A stretch of DNA of 32,000 bases from Legionellaceae bacterium. Lineage in GTDB: Bacteria > Pseudomonadota > Gammaproteobacteria > Legionellales > Legionellaceae. The DNA is taken from NCBI GenBank assembly GCA_030696305.1, contig JAUYSP010000058.1:1-32000 (forward strand). The letters are read 5' to 3'. The notes beneath the pieces are model-generated. The model worked only from the letters and a program-made list of their open reading frames with translations, did not search any database and was not told where the DNA came from. How positions within the stretch are numbered: position 1 is the stretch's first letter; each line of letters begins with the position of its first letter. The position numbers and the translations under genes were made by a program. This document shows positions 1 through 9,216 of the stretch, in pieces.

Positions 1-217
1 CTATATTAAACATCCAACATACTATCACCAATATAAGAGGTAGTTGATTAATCCACTCAATATCCTTTGTTATGTGAATTTTCATCAAAAAACCATATGT
101 TATATCATGGGCTTCATGATATAGATTCCGAGGATTTTCTGCATCAATACTCAACCCCCAAAACGGATGGTAGCTGAATCGAGATAACTGTTTTTCGCTT
201 AATGCTAGATAACGCAT
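1..217 (-). CDS. Partial hypothetical protein (N-terminus, gene runs off left edge)
   Basis: Manual reverse-strand translation from ATG at 217 is open to base 1: MRYLALSEKQLSRFSYHPFWGLSIDAENPRNLYHEAHDITYGFLMKIHITKDIEWINQLPLILVIVCWMFNI. A GGAG Shine-Dalgarno-like motif sits just upstream (TTTTGGAGAAAAAGCAATG). It is co-directional with, and 25 nt downstream of, the 892 aa gene. Confidence 0.45.
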   Translation of the reverse strand, partial: MRYLALSEKQLSRFSYHPFWGLSIDAENPRNLYHEAHDITYGFLMKIHITKDIEWINQLPLILVIVCWMFNI

Positions 218-242
218 TGCTTTTTCTCCAAAATATTCAGTG

Positions 243-2921
243 TTATAAAGACATGCCGTGAGTAACTTGTGGCGAATCTGATGTATTTGCAGGTTCTTTG
301 ACTGGCTTCATGAAGCGATGATGGCTGGTATCTTGCGTGCTCATATCAGCTCTCTCTTGGCGCTGCTTTGTTGCATCTACGAATGGATGTTTAGCTTTTT
401 CTCTCACTTCGTCTTGGGACGTATTTAATGCATCAACGTCATTAAGCCTTTGATTGAGCTCTAAAATGGTTTGAGCATTATTTCTAAGCTCCTCATCTTG
501 CGCAAGGATAATCGCTTTCAGATGCTTTGATTCTTCCATGAGCAAACCTTCTGTTAGGCGTAACCATCTTCCGTCTAATGTCACCTCAATTATCCCTGAG
601 TCTCCTTTTTTTTCTGAAATGGTTAACAATCCAGATGAATAAAGAGAAAAGCCATGATAATACTGATGTTTTTCAAAATCTGCTTCAATCAAAAGCCGCA
701 TGAATTGCCCCGCAAATAAAATCTCAATATCTAACGGCGGTGAAGATAAAAATCCAGAATGGTGAGCATAGAGTAGATTAAATATAGCACTCACGCGTTC
801 ATACATACTTTTAAATTCATTTCGCTTCTTGCTCGGTATTTTACTTGAAAAAGTAAAAAATGCTTTATAAAAGTTCACCATTTCGTCATGATGTACACGA
901 ATATATCTTTGATAAAGATGTTTCATTTCTGGAAAACGAAAATCTGTTTTGTCCGACAATAAGTCATATGCCTTTAAAGAAAGTATAAAACTATCTGTCG
1001 CCATTTTACCTCTGATTATTTTGTCAATTAAATCATAATACTTAAGGTGAGATTTTCTATACTCCAGAATAGTCATCTGCATGTTGCTCGGTAAACGAGT
1101 GGGTCCAGGCTGGCGCTGCATCTCTATATTAAGTAAGGATGTGCTTGTCGTGACTCGTTGCTCTTTTTGTCTTTGTAGCTTATTAAATGCCTCTGATAGT
1201 GCCCTATAGTTGTCTGTGTTTTCCCTGTCATAGAAAAAACACATTCTGTCCTTTATGTCGCCAATTAGTTCCATCATTTTGTCATCTGCCTCTTCGATGG
1301 TTTGAGGTAAATCTTGGGCATTGGATTTAATTTGATTCACATAACCGGCTATTTTTCGAATGGTTTTATCCTGTGTTTTATTATCGTTGTTAATTTGATG
1401 TATCCATCTATAACAAGAATGCTCAGCTGAGTTAATGCCTTTAATACGGGTATAGGTCTGAAAATCAGAAAAATAACCTGACCAAAAACTTTTACATGTT
1501 TGCTCATAAAGATTAACATCTGCTCTAACACCGAACAATAATTCATCTAAACTCACTGTGCCAATGGGTGTCCCATAAATCCATACTTGACCATATACGT
1601 TCACCACAAATTGAGATTTTTCTAATGATTGATTTTGATAAATAATGCGTAATGTCATTCGCATTAAATCTCGCATCATCTTTAAATACCTTCGGGCTTT
1701 TTGTTCAGCAGACAGCGTATCGGAATTTTCTGTCGGATGATTTGACACCTCTTTCTTTAAACCTATAAGTTTTAGTAGTGAAAGAGATTTTTGAGGGGCC
1801 TTATCAGTTGTTCCTTTAATTTTTATTTCACTGCTCTGAGTGACCTCTGTAGCAAAATCCCAATGACCCCATTGTTTAGAGACGGCATCGCGAAGTTCAT
1901 CTCTCAGTAAACAGGGTTCATCTTCAGGGTGTTCATTTTGTAAGTGATTAATAATCATACTTGGTGTTAGTGGTACCGTTGTTTCATATGTTGATGCATC
2001 GATACCTGGTAAGGTCAATGTTTTGAATAGCCAATCGCCCAATCCAGTTTCGCGCATTTTTCGTATTTTAACATCAGATTGTTCTGGATTTTTAAATTGA
2101 GATATGTTAATCCGTTCTTGCGAGGCTCCTCTTATCATTAAAAATAACATGTTAAATGATTGTACAGCAAGGGACGAAAGCTCATTTTTTAACTTATCAA
2201 CTAAAAGATTAAAATTCACCATTTTGGAATGATTAACCAAATGTTGATGATAATCATCCATTTCTTTACTTAATCTATTTAGAAAATCATTAAAATTAGC
2301 TCGATATTTACATTTCCAATTAGATCGTGTTATTTGGCTAATCAAATGTCTACAATAATCACACCGTTTTTCGAAAGCTTCGATGACATCATCGGAAGCC
2401 TCTGGTTTATGCGGAACAATATTTAACCACCATGTAATCATTTCGGATAAAAACATGGCCTCAACACCGTCGTCTCGGGCATAAGCACCTGTTGCACGAT
2501 CAAATGTAATTGCTCGCTTGCTTAGGGATTCTAAGTATCTAGATAAAAGAGACAAAATGCTTGTGCGAGCTACATGTATAGCAGAACCATGAAACCGAAT
2601 TTCATCAATAACATTATCAAGCTGAGTTCTTACTTCTTTATAATCAAGCTCAAATGTAGGTCGGTGGTTTTCTGTAAGAGTCCAATATTCAGGACAAGTT
2701 AATCCCATTTTTTTGTATTCACTGGTTAGTATACGATGTCGCTCCAATTCATCATGACTAAATGAATAAGGTTGAAAAAACCACTTTAGGCCTTTATAAC
2801 CAGCATAAGTAACAACAGCACCAGCCGCTAACGCTGTAACACCCACTACAGCAGCGGTGATTGCAGTAGCAGAACTAGGTGCTGATGCTGTTGGCATGAT
2901 TGTAATGTTTCTATCTTGCAT
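243..2921 (-). CDS. Large hypothetical protein (892 aa) with N-terminal hydrophobic/transmembrane segment and long helical body
   Basis: Long ORF; hydrophobic stretch ATAITAAVVGVTALAAGAVVTYAGYKGL near the N-terminus; GAGG RBS before the ATG (AAGAGGTAAGCAACATG). No family recognised. Confidence 0.85.
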   Translation of the reverse strand: MQDRNITIMPTASAPSSATAITAAVVGVTALAAGAVVTYAGYKGLKWFFQPYSFSHDELERHRILTSEYKKMGLTCPEYWTLTENHRPTFELDYKEVRTQLDNVIDEIRFHGSAIHVARTSILSLLSRYLESLSKRAITFDRATGAYARDDGVEAMFLSEMITWWLNIVPHKPEASDDVIEAFEKRCDYCRHLISQITRSNWKCKYRANFNDFLNRLSKEMDDYHQHLVNHSKMVNFNLLVDKLKNELSSLAVQSFNMLFLMIRGASQERINISQFKNPEQSDVKIRKMRETGLGDWLFKTLTLPGIDASTYETTVPLTPSMIINHLQNEHPEDEPCLLRDELRDAVSKQWGHWDFATEVTQSSEIKIKGTTDKAPQKSLSLLKLIGLKKEVSNHPTENSDTLSAEQKARRYLKMMRDLMRMTLRIIYQNQSLEKSQFVVNVYGQVWIYGTPIGTVSLDELLFGVRADVNLYEQTCKSFWSGYFSDFQTYTRIKGINSAEHSCYRWIHQINNDNKTQDKTIRKIAGYVNQIKSNAQDLPQTIEEADDKMMELIGDIKDRMCFFYDRENTDNYRALSEAFNKLQRQKEQRVTTSTSLLNIEMQRQPGPTRLPSNMQMTILEYRKSHLKYYDLIDKIIRGKMATDSFILSLKAYDLLSDKTDFRFPEMKHLYQRYIRVHHDEMVNFYKAFFTFSSKIPSKKRNEFKSMYERVSAIFNLLYAHHSGFLSSPPLDIEILFAGQFMRLLIEADFEKHQYYHGFSLYSSGLLTISEKKGDSGIIEVTLDGRWLRLTEGLLMEESKHLKAIILAQDEELRNNAQTILELNQRLNDVDALNTSQDEVREKAKHPFVDATKQRQERADMSTQDTSHHRFMKPVKEPANTSDSPQVTHGMSL

Positions 2922-2933
2922 GTTGCTTACCTC

Positions 2934-3956
2934 TTATAATTGGATATGATGGGGCACATTTGTAGTGATTAAGCCGTGATTTTCTGAATCTTGTATTTTT
3001 TCGTTTAGATAACATTGCAAATCATTATGTATAAAAATACGATGCGAATGGCAAAACTCATTTAGTTCATCAAACATTGAATAGTAAGGAGAAGACCAAG
3101 CTCCAGAGCATTTGATGCCTTTTTCAAGTAATTGTTTTAGTAAACTGTTGTACCAAAATTCTCTATCATTGATTTTTTCTATGATTACTTTTGCCGTGAT
3201 AATTCTCACTACATCATTACATTGAGAATGTTTGGATAATTTTTTGCTTATAAACTCAATTTCTTCTTTTCTAGCTGATGAGCGGCAAAGTACTTTAAAT
3301 GAATAAAAAATTCCAAATGAATATTTGCTATATCGGTTGTAATTTGTTTCATAACTGCGTTGATAAAGTATGGGCAGTAACTCCATATGTCTTGCTAGAC
3401 TAAATGCCGAAGAAATAACTTCATGTTCAGCAATAAAATCAGATAATTCACCTAAAACCAATTCAAACCTGGCTGAAATATCTAAAATGCGACTAATTTC
3501 TTCATTGTGCTTATTTTGATCTTGTACAGATAGATAAGATAAATTTCTCTGAAGTGCGCTTAAGTTGTGGTATAAATTAGACGCAGCTTCGGTCATCGTA
3601 ACGCAGACATCCTCTGCAATTTCTTTATATGCCTCTTCGCTTAATTGGCGTTTCTTTAGCTCTTGGCGTTGCAAGTATTCGGTTTTAGTGGTTTTAACGC
3701 AATTTTCGAAAGACTGTTTTATTTCGATGAAACTTTTAAGCTTACAACTGCAATTGTGTATTTTTTCTTGCGAAAGAGGAGCTGGTCTTCTAGATAAATG
3801 ATTATCCAGTGACTTCTGAGTAATTGTATAGTAGCGTTTGATTTGATCTAATATCTCACGTATTTTCAGAATACGATCTTGTTTGGTACCCATAAACTGC
3901 TCCATTAAGTGGTTGTATTGCGCGCATAAATTTTTTTGTTGAGCGAATTGTATCAT
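2934..3956 (-). CDS. Hypothetical protein (340 aa), predicted mostly helical
   Basis: Long ORF, co-directional with the 892 aa gene, 12 nt gap. No family recognised. Confidence 0.8.
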   Translation of the reverse strand: MIQFAQQKNLCAQYNHLMEQFMGTKQDRILKIREILDQIKRYYTITQKSLDNHLSRRPAPLSQEKIHNCSCKLKSFIEIKQSFENCVKTTKTEYLQRQELKKRQLSEEAYKEIAEDVCVTMTEAASNLYHNLSALQRNLSYLSVQDQNKHNEEISRILDISARFELVLGELSDFIAEHEVISSAFSLARHMELLPILYQRSYETNYNRYSKYSFGIFYSFKVLCRSSARKEEIEFISKKLSKHSQCNDVVRIITAKVIIEKINDREFWYNSLLKQLLEKGIKCSGAWSSPYYSMFDELNEFCHSHRIFIHNDLQCYLNEKIQDSENHGLITTNVPHHIQL

Positions 3957-4146
3957 TATTCATCTGTGGTATCTTTGAGAATATAGCGAGTCATTCGTTG
4001 AGATATTTCTTATTTGTGGTAGAGAAATCTCTTACATCGGGCTTTTTATATATTCATCTTATCGTAAACTTATTTGATCAGTTAGCCATGGTTTTTATAT
4101 GTGGCTCAGTGTCTGGTGTAGAAGATAACCGATGTCTCCGGAATAG

Positions 4147-4308
4147 ACCTTATCAGGTGTTCCATTTACTCCGCACGATTTACGTCGGACTTTTGCTACC
4201 ATAGCTGAAGGATTAGATCTCCCTGCCTATGTTTTAAAGTGGTTGTTAAACCATCAAATGAATAATGATGTAACAGCCGGTTATATTATGCGAGATGAAG
4301 AGCTTTAT
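4147..4308 (+). pseudogene. Remnant of the C-terminus of a phage/P4-type tyrosine recombinase (integrase)
   Basis: Manual translation in the frame of 4174: (TLSG)VPFTPHDLRRTFATIAEGLDLPAYVLKWLLNHQMNNDVTAGYIMRDEELYE. It contains the HxLRRTFAT motif, LLNH and DVTAGYI of this integrase family. In-frame TAG at 4144-4146 immediately upstream; the N-terminal and central domains are absent. Confidence 0.8.
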
Positions 4309-4772
4309 GAATCACACACGTTATGTAATGTCTCGAGTACGTCTGCCACATGTCCCGTCACTTTTACATTACGCCAAACTTTCTTGATTACCCCATGCGG
4401 GTCAATCAAGAAAGTACTCCGTTCAATACCGTAATACTCTCTACCATATATCGATTTTAGCTTCATCACCGCAAATAGATTACACAGTGTTTCCTCGGAG
4501 TCACTAATTAATTCAAATGGAAATTGTTGCTTTGCCTTAAAATTTTCATGTGATTTTAAACTATCTCGAGAAACACCGAATACAACAGCATTATGTGCTA
4601 TAAAATCAGAGTACATATCACGAAAATCCTGTCCCTCAAGAGTACATCCCGAAGTCGCATCTTTAGGATAAAAATATAAAATAACCCATTTACCATGATA
4701 GTCATTAAGGTTAGCTTGTAATCCATTAGTTGCATTAAACGGACATGAAGGAACTACTTCATTTAAATTCAT
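4305..4772 (-). CDS. bcp: Thioredoxin-dependent peroxiredoxin (Bcp/PrxQ family)
   Basis: VILYFYPKDATSGCTLEGQDFRDMY, VFGVSRDSLKSHENF, FPFELISD, and C-terminal ERSTFLIDPHGVIKKVWRNVKVTGH. Start chosen at internal Met (MNLNEVV); the ORF track starts at 4796. Confidence 0.93.
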   Translation of the reverse strand: MNLNEVVPSCPFNATNGLQANLNDYHGKWVILYFYPKDATSGCTLEGQDFRDMYSDFIAHNAVVFGVSRDSLKSHENFKAKQQFPFELISDSEETLCNLFAVMKLKSIYGREYYGIERSTFLIDPHGVIKKVWRNVKVTGHVADVLETLHNVCDS

Positions 4773-4841
4773 TATGATCTCTTTCACATATAACATCGCG
4801 TATCAAAATATTATATCTGTGTTCGAAACTTATGAATAGAT

Positions 4842-5075
4842 GTGGCAGAGTTTATAGAAAATATATTTAACTTAATGAATTGCGGGCCTAATCAACCATT
4901 TATTGAAGAATTTTTGTTACATTTGGGGTTATTCGACGATATTCCAGTTCATACACATGTTTCTAAAATTTTACAAAATAGAACGGACGTGATTCTGAGA
5001 AATTTATGTTTTGAATGGTCGTCAATAACGGATAGCAGTTTTTTAAATTATCTAGAAAAAATCATTAGATTATAA
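4842..5075 (+). CDS. Small hypothetical ORF (77 aa), GTG start, doubtful
   Basis: ORF in the gap between two reverse-strand genes; no recognisable motif or strong RBS. Confidence 0.2.
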   Translation: MAEFIENIFNLMNCGPNQPFIEEFLLHLGLFDDIPVHTHVSKILQNRTDVILRNLCFEWSSITDSSFLNYLEKIIRL

Positions 5076-5092
5076 TTTGAACTTAGGAGTAT

Positions 5093-6484
5093 TTAAAAAA
5101 TTATGTGTCGTCGCGAACCATCAAGAGCAGTTGAAATCTTAATTTTGTATTCCCGAAAATGACCACATTCTTTGTATCCCAACTGGCGATAGAGCGGGTA
5201 GCCTTCGTCAGATGCTTGTAAAACGGCCACGTGATAACCAAGATCTTTGGCTCGTTTTAATCGATATTCTTGCATAGCTCTACCGTAGCCTTTTCTGCGC
5301 TCAGAAGGTGTTGTTGAAAGCCAATGTAGTCCTGCAACGTGTGCAAAATAGCAGGATGAACCACGTACCACAGGTTTTCCATCCACATATCCAACATAGT
5401 ATTCAATCGGATCATCGTGAGTTAAAATTGAGGCGATCCATGAAAAATAGGTGGTGAACGCTGTTTCATTATTAGTAAGCATTAATGCAAAATCAAGTAA
5501 TGTTTTTTCATCTATTGCGCGAATAATATTAAGTTTTGGTATAGAACAAATTTGGCCATCCCACGTATCTAAATCAAAATACATGGCACAATTGTTTTCT
5601 GTATTTTTATAGCCATGATTTTCTAAATGAGCTGATAAATTCTCTGGTCGATCCTGAGGACTAATCCACCACGAAAATGGACTATTTTTTTGAGTAAAGT
5701 AATTTGTAACTTCTGAAATTTTTTTATTCGCATCTGCCGAAGAAAAATCAGCATCTAATGCATAATTAAATGTATCATCCGCCAATTGTGAATTGACCAG
5801 AGTAAAGCCTGGTACTCGGATGAGTTCAACTTGACTTAAATATTGAGCAAAATGTGTCATTTGGACATTGAGGTTGGCCTCCATTGATTTGACCAGCTTT
5901 TCATTAGTCCAGTCTTTAGCTACTGGCCCCGTGTTTGCCGGCAAATAATTTCTTTTTCTTTTCGACCAGAGCTTGGCTTTGGTATCAATTTCTTGAACTA
6001 ATTTATCCTTTCCAGAAACATACGAGAAAATATCATCGGTAAATTGCGCAGCCAATTGAAATTTAAGCTTAGCATAATCATTAGCTATTGGGGGATGATG
6101 GATAAGGTAATCTCTGAAATTAACATGACGATTTATTTGAGGGCTTCCTCGTTCGTGTAGGTGCAAATGAAAACGGATTGCTTGTTCCTGACGTTTTGTA
6201 AAAAAGCTCACATGAGGAATGATTTGACGTTGAATTAGTTCATAGTTTAATTGGATTAATTTTTCTGAAATAAAATGAATATCATCTACGTTATCCAGGA
6301 CCAACATCATATCAATAACAGCTTTTGCGGGCATTTCAGGAATACTCGTGCTACCTATGTGATAAATTTCTTTAAGGCATGCGCCTAAAGCTTTTTGAAT
6401 GCGAAAAGCTTCATCTTTAAACAAATTAGGCCAATGTGTATCGTAAGGAAGTATTTCTACTTTATATGATGTGTGCGTTTTCAT
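5093..6484 (-). CDS. GrpB/UPF0157-family nucleotidyltransferase-like domain fused to a C-terminal GNAT acetyltransferase domain
   Basis: N-terminal YDTHWPNLFKDEAFRIQKALG...IYHIGSTSIPEMPAKAVIDMMLVL is typical of GrpB/UPF0157. C-terminal HVAGLHWLSTTPSERRKGYGRAMQEYRLKRAKDLGYHVAVLQASDEGYPLYRQLGYKECGHFREY is GNAT motif A/B. Confidence 0.88.
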   Translation of the reverse strand: MKTHTSYKVEILPYDTHWPNLFKDEAFRIQKALGACLKEIYHIGSTSIPEMPAKAVIDMMLVLDNVDDIHFISEKLIQLNYELIQRQIIPHVSFFTKRQEQAIRFHLHLHERGSPQINRHVNFRDYLIHHPPIANDYAKLKFQLAAQFTDDIFSYVSGKDKLVQEIDTKAKLWSKRKRNYLPANTGPVAKDWTNEKLVKSMEANLNVQMTHFAQYLSQVELIRVPGFTLVNSQLADDTFNYALDADFSSADANKKISEVTNYFTQKNSPFSWWISPQDRPENLSAHLENHGYKNTENNCAMYFDLDTWDGQICSIPKLNIIRAIDEKTLLDFALMLTNNETAFTTYFSWIASILTHDDPIEYYVGYVDGKPVVRGSSCYFAHVAGLHWLSTTPSERRKGYGRAMQEYRLKRAKDLGYHVAVLQASDEGYPLYRQLGYKECGHFREYKIKISTALDGSRRHIIF

Positions 6485-6569
6485 TATATTTTCCTATAAA
6501 GAAGCAAAAGGGCCTCATCCTGCGTAGAGTAGTACAATGATTTGCTAAGGTATGTAAATTTCTATCGTT

Positions 6570-7982
6570 CTATTTTTTAATCATTTTATAATATGAAAGC
6601 GCTTTGTTTCTTGCTTCAGCATGATCAATAATGGGCTCAGGATAATCCTTACCTAAGCATAATCCAAGTTTGTTTTGTGGTGCCATCCATGGCTTATGAA
6701 TCCATTGGATAGGGACATCTTTAAGTTCAGGAACCCATCGCTTAACATAAGCCCCATTAGGATCAAATTTTTCGCCCTGTAATGTGGGATTAAAGATCCG
6801 GAAATAGGGTGCGGCATCGGCTCCAGATCCAGCAACCCATTGCCAACTAGCTGAATTATTGGCTAAGTCGGCATCAACTAACGTATCCAAAAACCAACTC
6901 GCCCCCAAGCGCCAGTCAATTAATAAATCTTTTGTTAAAAAGGAAGCTACAATCATGCGTACTCGATTATGCATATAACCGGTATGCCATAGTTCTCTCA
7001 TACCGGCATCTATAATAGGATATCCGGTTTTTCCTTCTTGCCAACACTTTAAAGATATATCGTCATTTTCCCAGGGGAAAGCATTAAAGTCAGATTTGAA
7101 ATTTGCATTGGGAAGCGTAGGGCTATGATAAAGTAAATGATAGGAAAATTCTCTCCAGCCTATTTCAGATAAGAAGCGCTCCACCGATTTTAAATCACAA
7201 GATTGGTCTAATTTAACCGTTTCAATAGCTCGCCAAACTTGCCATGGACTGATTTCACCAAAATGTAAGTGAGGAGAAAGTTTTGAGGTTGTATCTTCGG
7301 CCGGTTCATCACGAGAGGCGCTGTAGCCTTTAAGATTAATATCAATAAAATCGGCTAGTTTTATGTGAGCGCCTTCTTCGCCAGGTTGCCAATAATCTCC
7401 AAACGCTTTAGCCCAATTTGGTTTGGTAGGTAGTAGTTTCCAGCTGGCAAGCGATTCGCTATTAACCTCCAATCTTTGAGGGATATTGGATATCTTACAT
7501 TGCTCAGGAATGGTCATTTGTTTTAAACAAGCCCGCCAAAATGGCGTGAAAACTTTAAAAAAATGTCCTGCCAAATTTGATATTTGCCAAGGCTCATTAA
7601 GCAAACTACCATTCGAACTTATCATGCGGATACCAGCTTTTTGAAAAAATTCTTTTATCGCCGTGTCACGCGCTATTGCAGCAGGCTCATAACAACGATT
7701 CCAATAGATAGTTTCAATTTGATAGTCTCGGACTAACTGTTCTAAAATATCCAAGGCCTTCCCTTGGCGCAGGCACAAGTCCAGTCCAATTTTTTTTAAG
7801 CTTTCATTTAACGATGTTAAACTATGATGAAGCCACCATCGCTGAGCCCCGCCTATAGGTGAGGTAGCTTCATCTAAGATATATATTGGGATAATAGCAT
7901 GATGACGACAGGCATCTGTGAATGCAGGATTATCATCAAGACGCAAATCTTGTCGGAACCATACGATAGCATTAGACTTCAT
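6570..7982 (-). CDS. phrB: Deoxyribodipyrimidine photo-lyase (cryptochrome/photolyase family)
   Basis: IVWFRQDLRLDDNPAF; FLSEIGWREFSYHLLYH; GKTGYPIIDAGMRELWHTGYMHNRVRMIVASFLTKDLLIDWRLGASWF; NNSASWQWVAGSGADAAPYFRIFNP. Confidence 0.97.
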   Translation of the reverse strand: MKSNAIVWFRQDLRLDDNPAFTDACRHHAIIPIYILDEATSPIGGAQRWWLHHSLTSLNESLKKIGLDLCLRQGKALDILEQLVRDYQIETIYWNRCYEPAAIARDTAIKEFFQKAGIRMISSNGSLLNEPWQISNLAGHFFKVFTPFWRACLKQMTIPEQCKISNIPQRLEVNSESLASWKLLPTKPNWAKAFGDYWQPGEEGAHIKLADFIDINLKGYSASRDEPAEDTTSKLSPHLHFGEISPWQVWRAIETVKLDQSCDLKSVERFLSEIGWREFSYHLLYHSPTLPNANFKSDFNAFPWENDDISLKCWQEGKTGYPIIDAGMRELWHTGYMHNRVRMIVASFLTKDLLIDWRLGASWFLDTLVDADLANNSASWQWVAGSGADAAPYFRIFNPTLQGEKFDPNGAYVKRWVPELKDVPIQWIHKPWMAPQNKLGLCLGKDYPEPIIDHAEARNKALSYYKMIKK

Positions 7983-8069
7983 TTTTAATCAGCATCCTGT
8001 GACATTTGTAGAAATATGAAATAGTTATCCTAATTTATAATTAAGTAAAGTGCGAACTAACGATATTGT

Positions 8070-9101
8070 TCAGGGATTAGATCTTACTGATAATACATCG
8101 TCATTGAGTTCATCTTTAATGTCATTGGACACGAGTTTAGATCGCATAGATAATATTGTACGTTTATCTAAAGGAAAATCTACAGTCCATGGATGTTCTG
8201 GTTTATGATTAAAAAATAAAAATCCTTTTTTATCTTTGTTAGAAGTACAACTTTGTTTAAGTTCTTCAGGGGTAGTTTTTATATTAAATTTATCGTCGAC
8301 GACTTGTACTGCTTCGTCGTAATCTTCCAATACTTTTTCTTCATAACCGATGGTAGTTTTTTCTGTATATTTTAATTGATTTGTTGCAGCGAACCAAAAT
8401 AAAGAGCGCCGTCCCTGTGGTAGAATACGTCCCATAAATAAACTGTCATCTCGAATAGCGAGCGTAGGAAAATGTTGCACAAGTTTCATTAAATTGGATT
8501 CAATTTTATCTTGTTTTAATGGGGATAAATTTGTTTGTATTAAAGTAAGCCACCCATTTTCTGTCCTTCTTTCCAGAACGTAGAGTTTTTCTTCTTCGAG
8601 ATAATAAAATCGAAATTCGTCAGGGGATTGTATTACTGGCTCGTAATTGCCGCTGACTAGAATGGGTAGCCTCGGAGCCTGACTACTTAAACCTGGGTCG
8701 AGAAAGTAGGACTGTCCTTCGATTGTGACTTTCAAAACCAGATGTGTTGGTGGAAATTTAAGTATTTTCGTCGCATTTACCTCGGCCCCCATTAGCACAC
8801 GAGCTTCACATGCATCAACTTGATATTCAAATTTTATCAATATGTCTTTTAGCAAGACCGCAAGTTGATAACAATATCCTCCAGAAGGTTCGGAAAATAC
8901 GTTTTTATAATCCGCCAAATATAAATTTCGTTGTAATGGATGTTGCGAACCCTGTTGTCTTAATTTGATGTTGCTATAAGGGAATGTCAAAATATGCGCT
9001 AAATAGATTGCATTTAATCGTTCAACGGGGGATAAGTTTCTTAAATTCGTTTCATTTAATCCAACTTTACTTAAGTATGTAGATAATTCAATTTCTTTCA
9101 T
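8070..9101 (-). CDS. Divergent arylamine N-acetyltransferase (NAT) family protein
   Basis: GGYCYQLAVLLKDILIKFEYQVDACEARV (catalytic Cys region), PPTHLVLKV (His), YFLDPGLSSQAPRLPI (Asp). C-terminus is divergent. Confidence 0.75.
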   Translation of the reverse strand: MKEIELSTYLSKVGLNETNLRNLSPVERLNAIYLAHILTFPYSNIKLRQQGSQHPLQRNLYLADYKNVFSEPSGGYCYQLAVLLKDILIKFEYQVDACEARVLMGAEVNATKILKFPPTHLVLKVTIEGQSYFLDPGLSSQAPRLPILVSGNYEPVIQSPDEFRFYYLEEEKLYVLERRTENGWLTLIQTNLSPLKQDKIESNLMKLVQHFPTLAIRDDSLFMGRILPQGRRSLFWFAATNQLKYTEKTTIGYEEKVLEDYDEAVQVVDDKFNIKTTPEELKQSCTSNKDKKGFLFFNHKPEHPWTVDFPLDKRTILSMRSKLVSNDIKDELNDDVLSVRSNP

Positions 9102-9216
9102 TAATCACCTAGTAGGAAATATCAATAGTTTTGATCTTTTTTGTAGCATACTTATATTCTACCTGATTAGAATGATTACCAACAAGATGTGAGTTGACGT
9201 CTTTTTCGCCATTAGT

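Noticed and set aside
1349-1546. 65 aa reverse-strand ORF inside the 892 aa ORF
   Set aside because: Overlaps a longer, better supported ORF on the same strand in another frame; no motif.
3565-3801. 78 aa forward ORF antisense to the 340 aa gene
   Set aside because: Antisense shadow ORF without RBS or domain evidence.
3998-4204. 68 aa forward ORF
   Set aside because: Overlaps the integrase fossil in a different frame; no recognisable motif.
4243-4434. 63 aa forward ORF as an independent gene
   Set aside because: Its first ~22 codons are the tail of the integrase remnant; the rest is read-through antisense to bcp.
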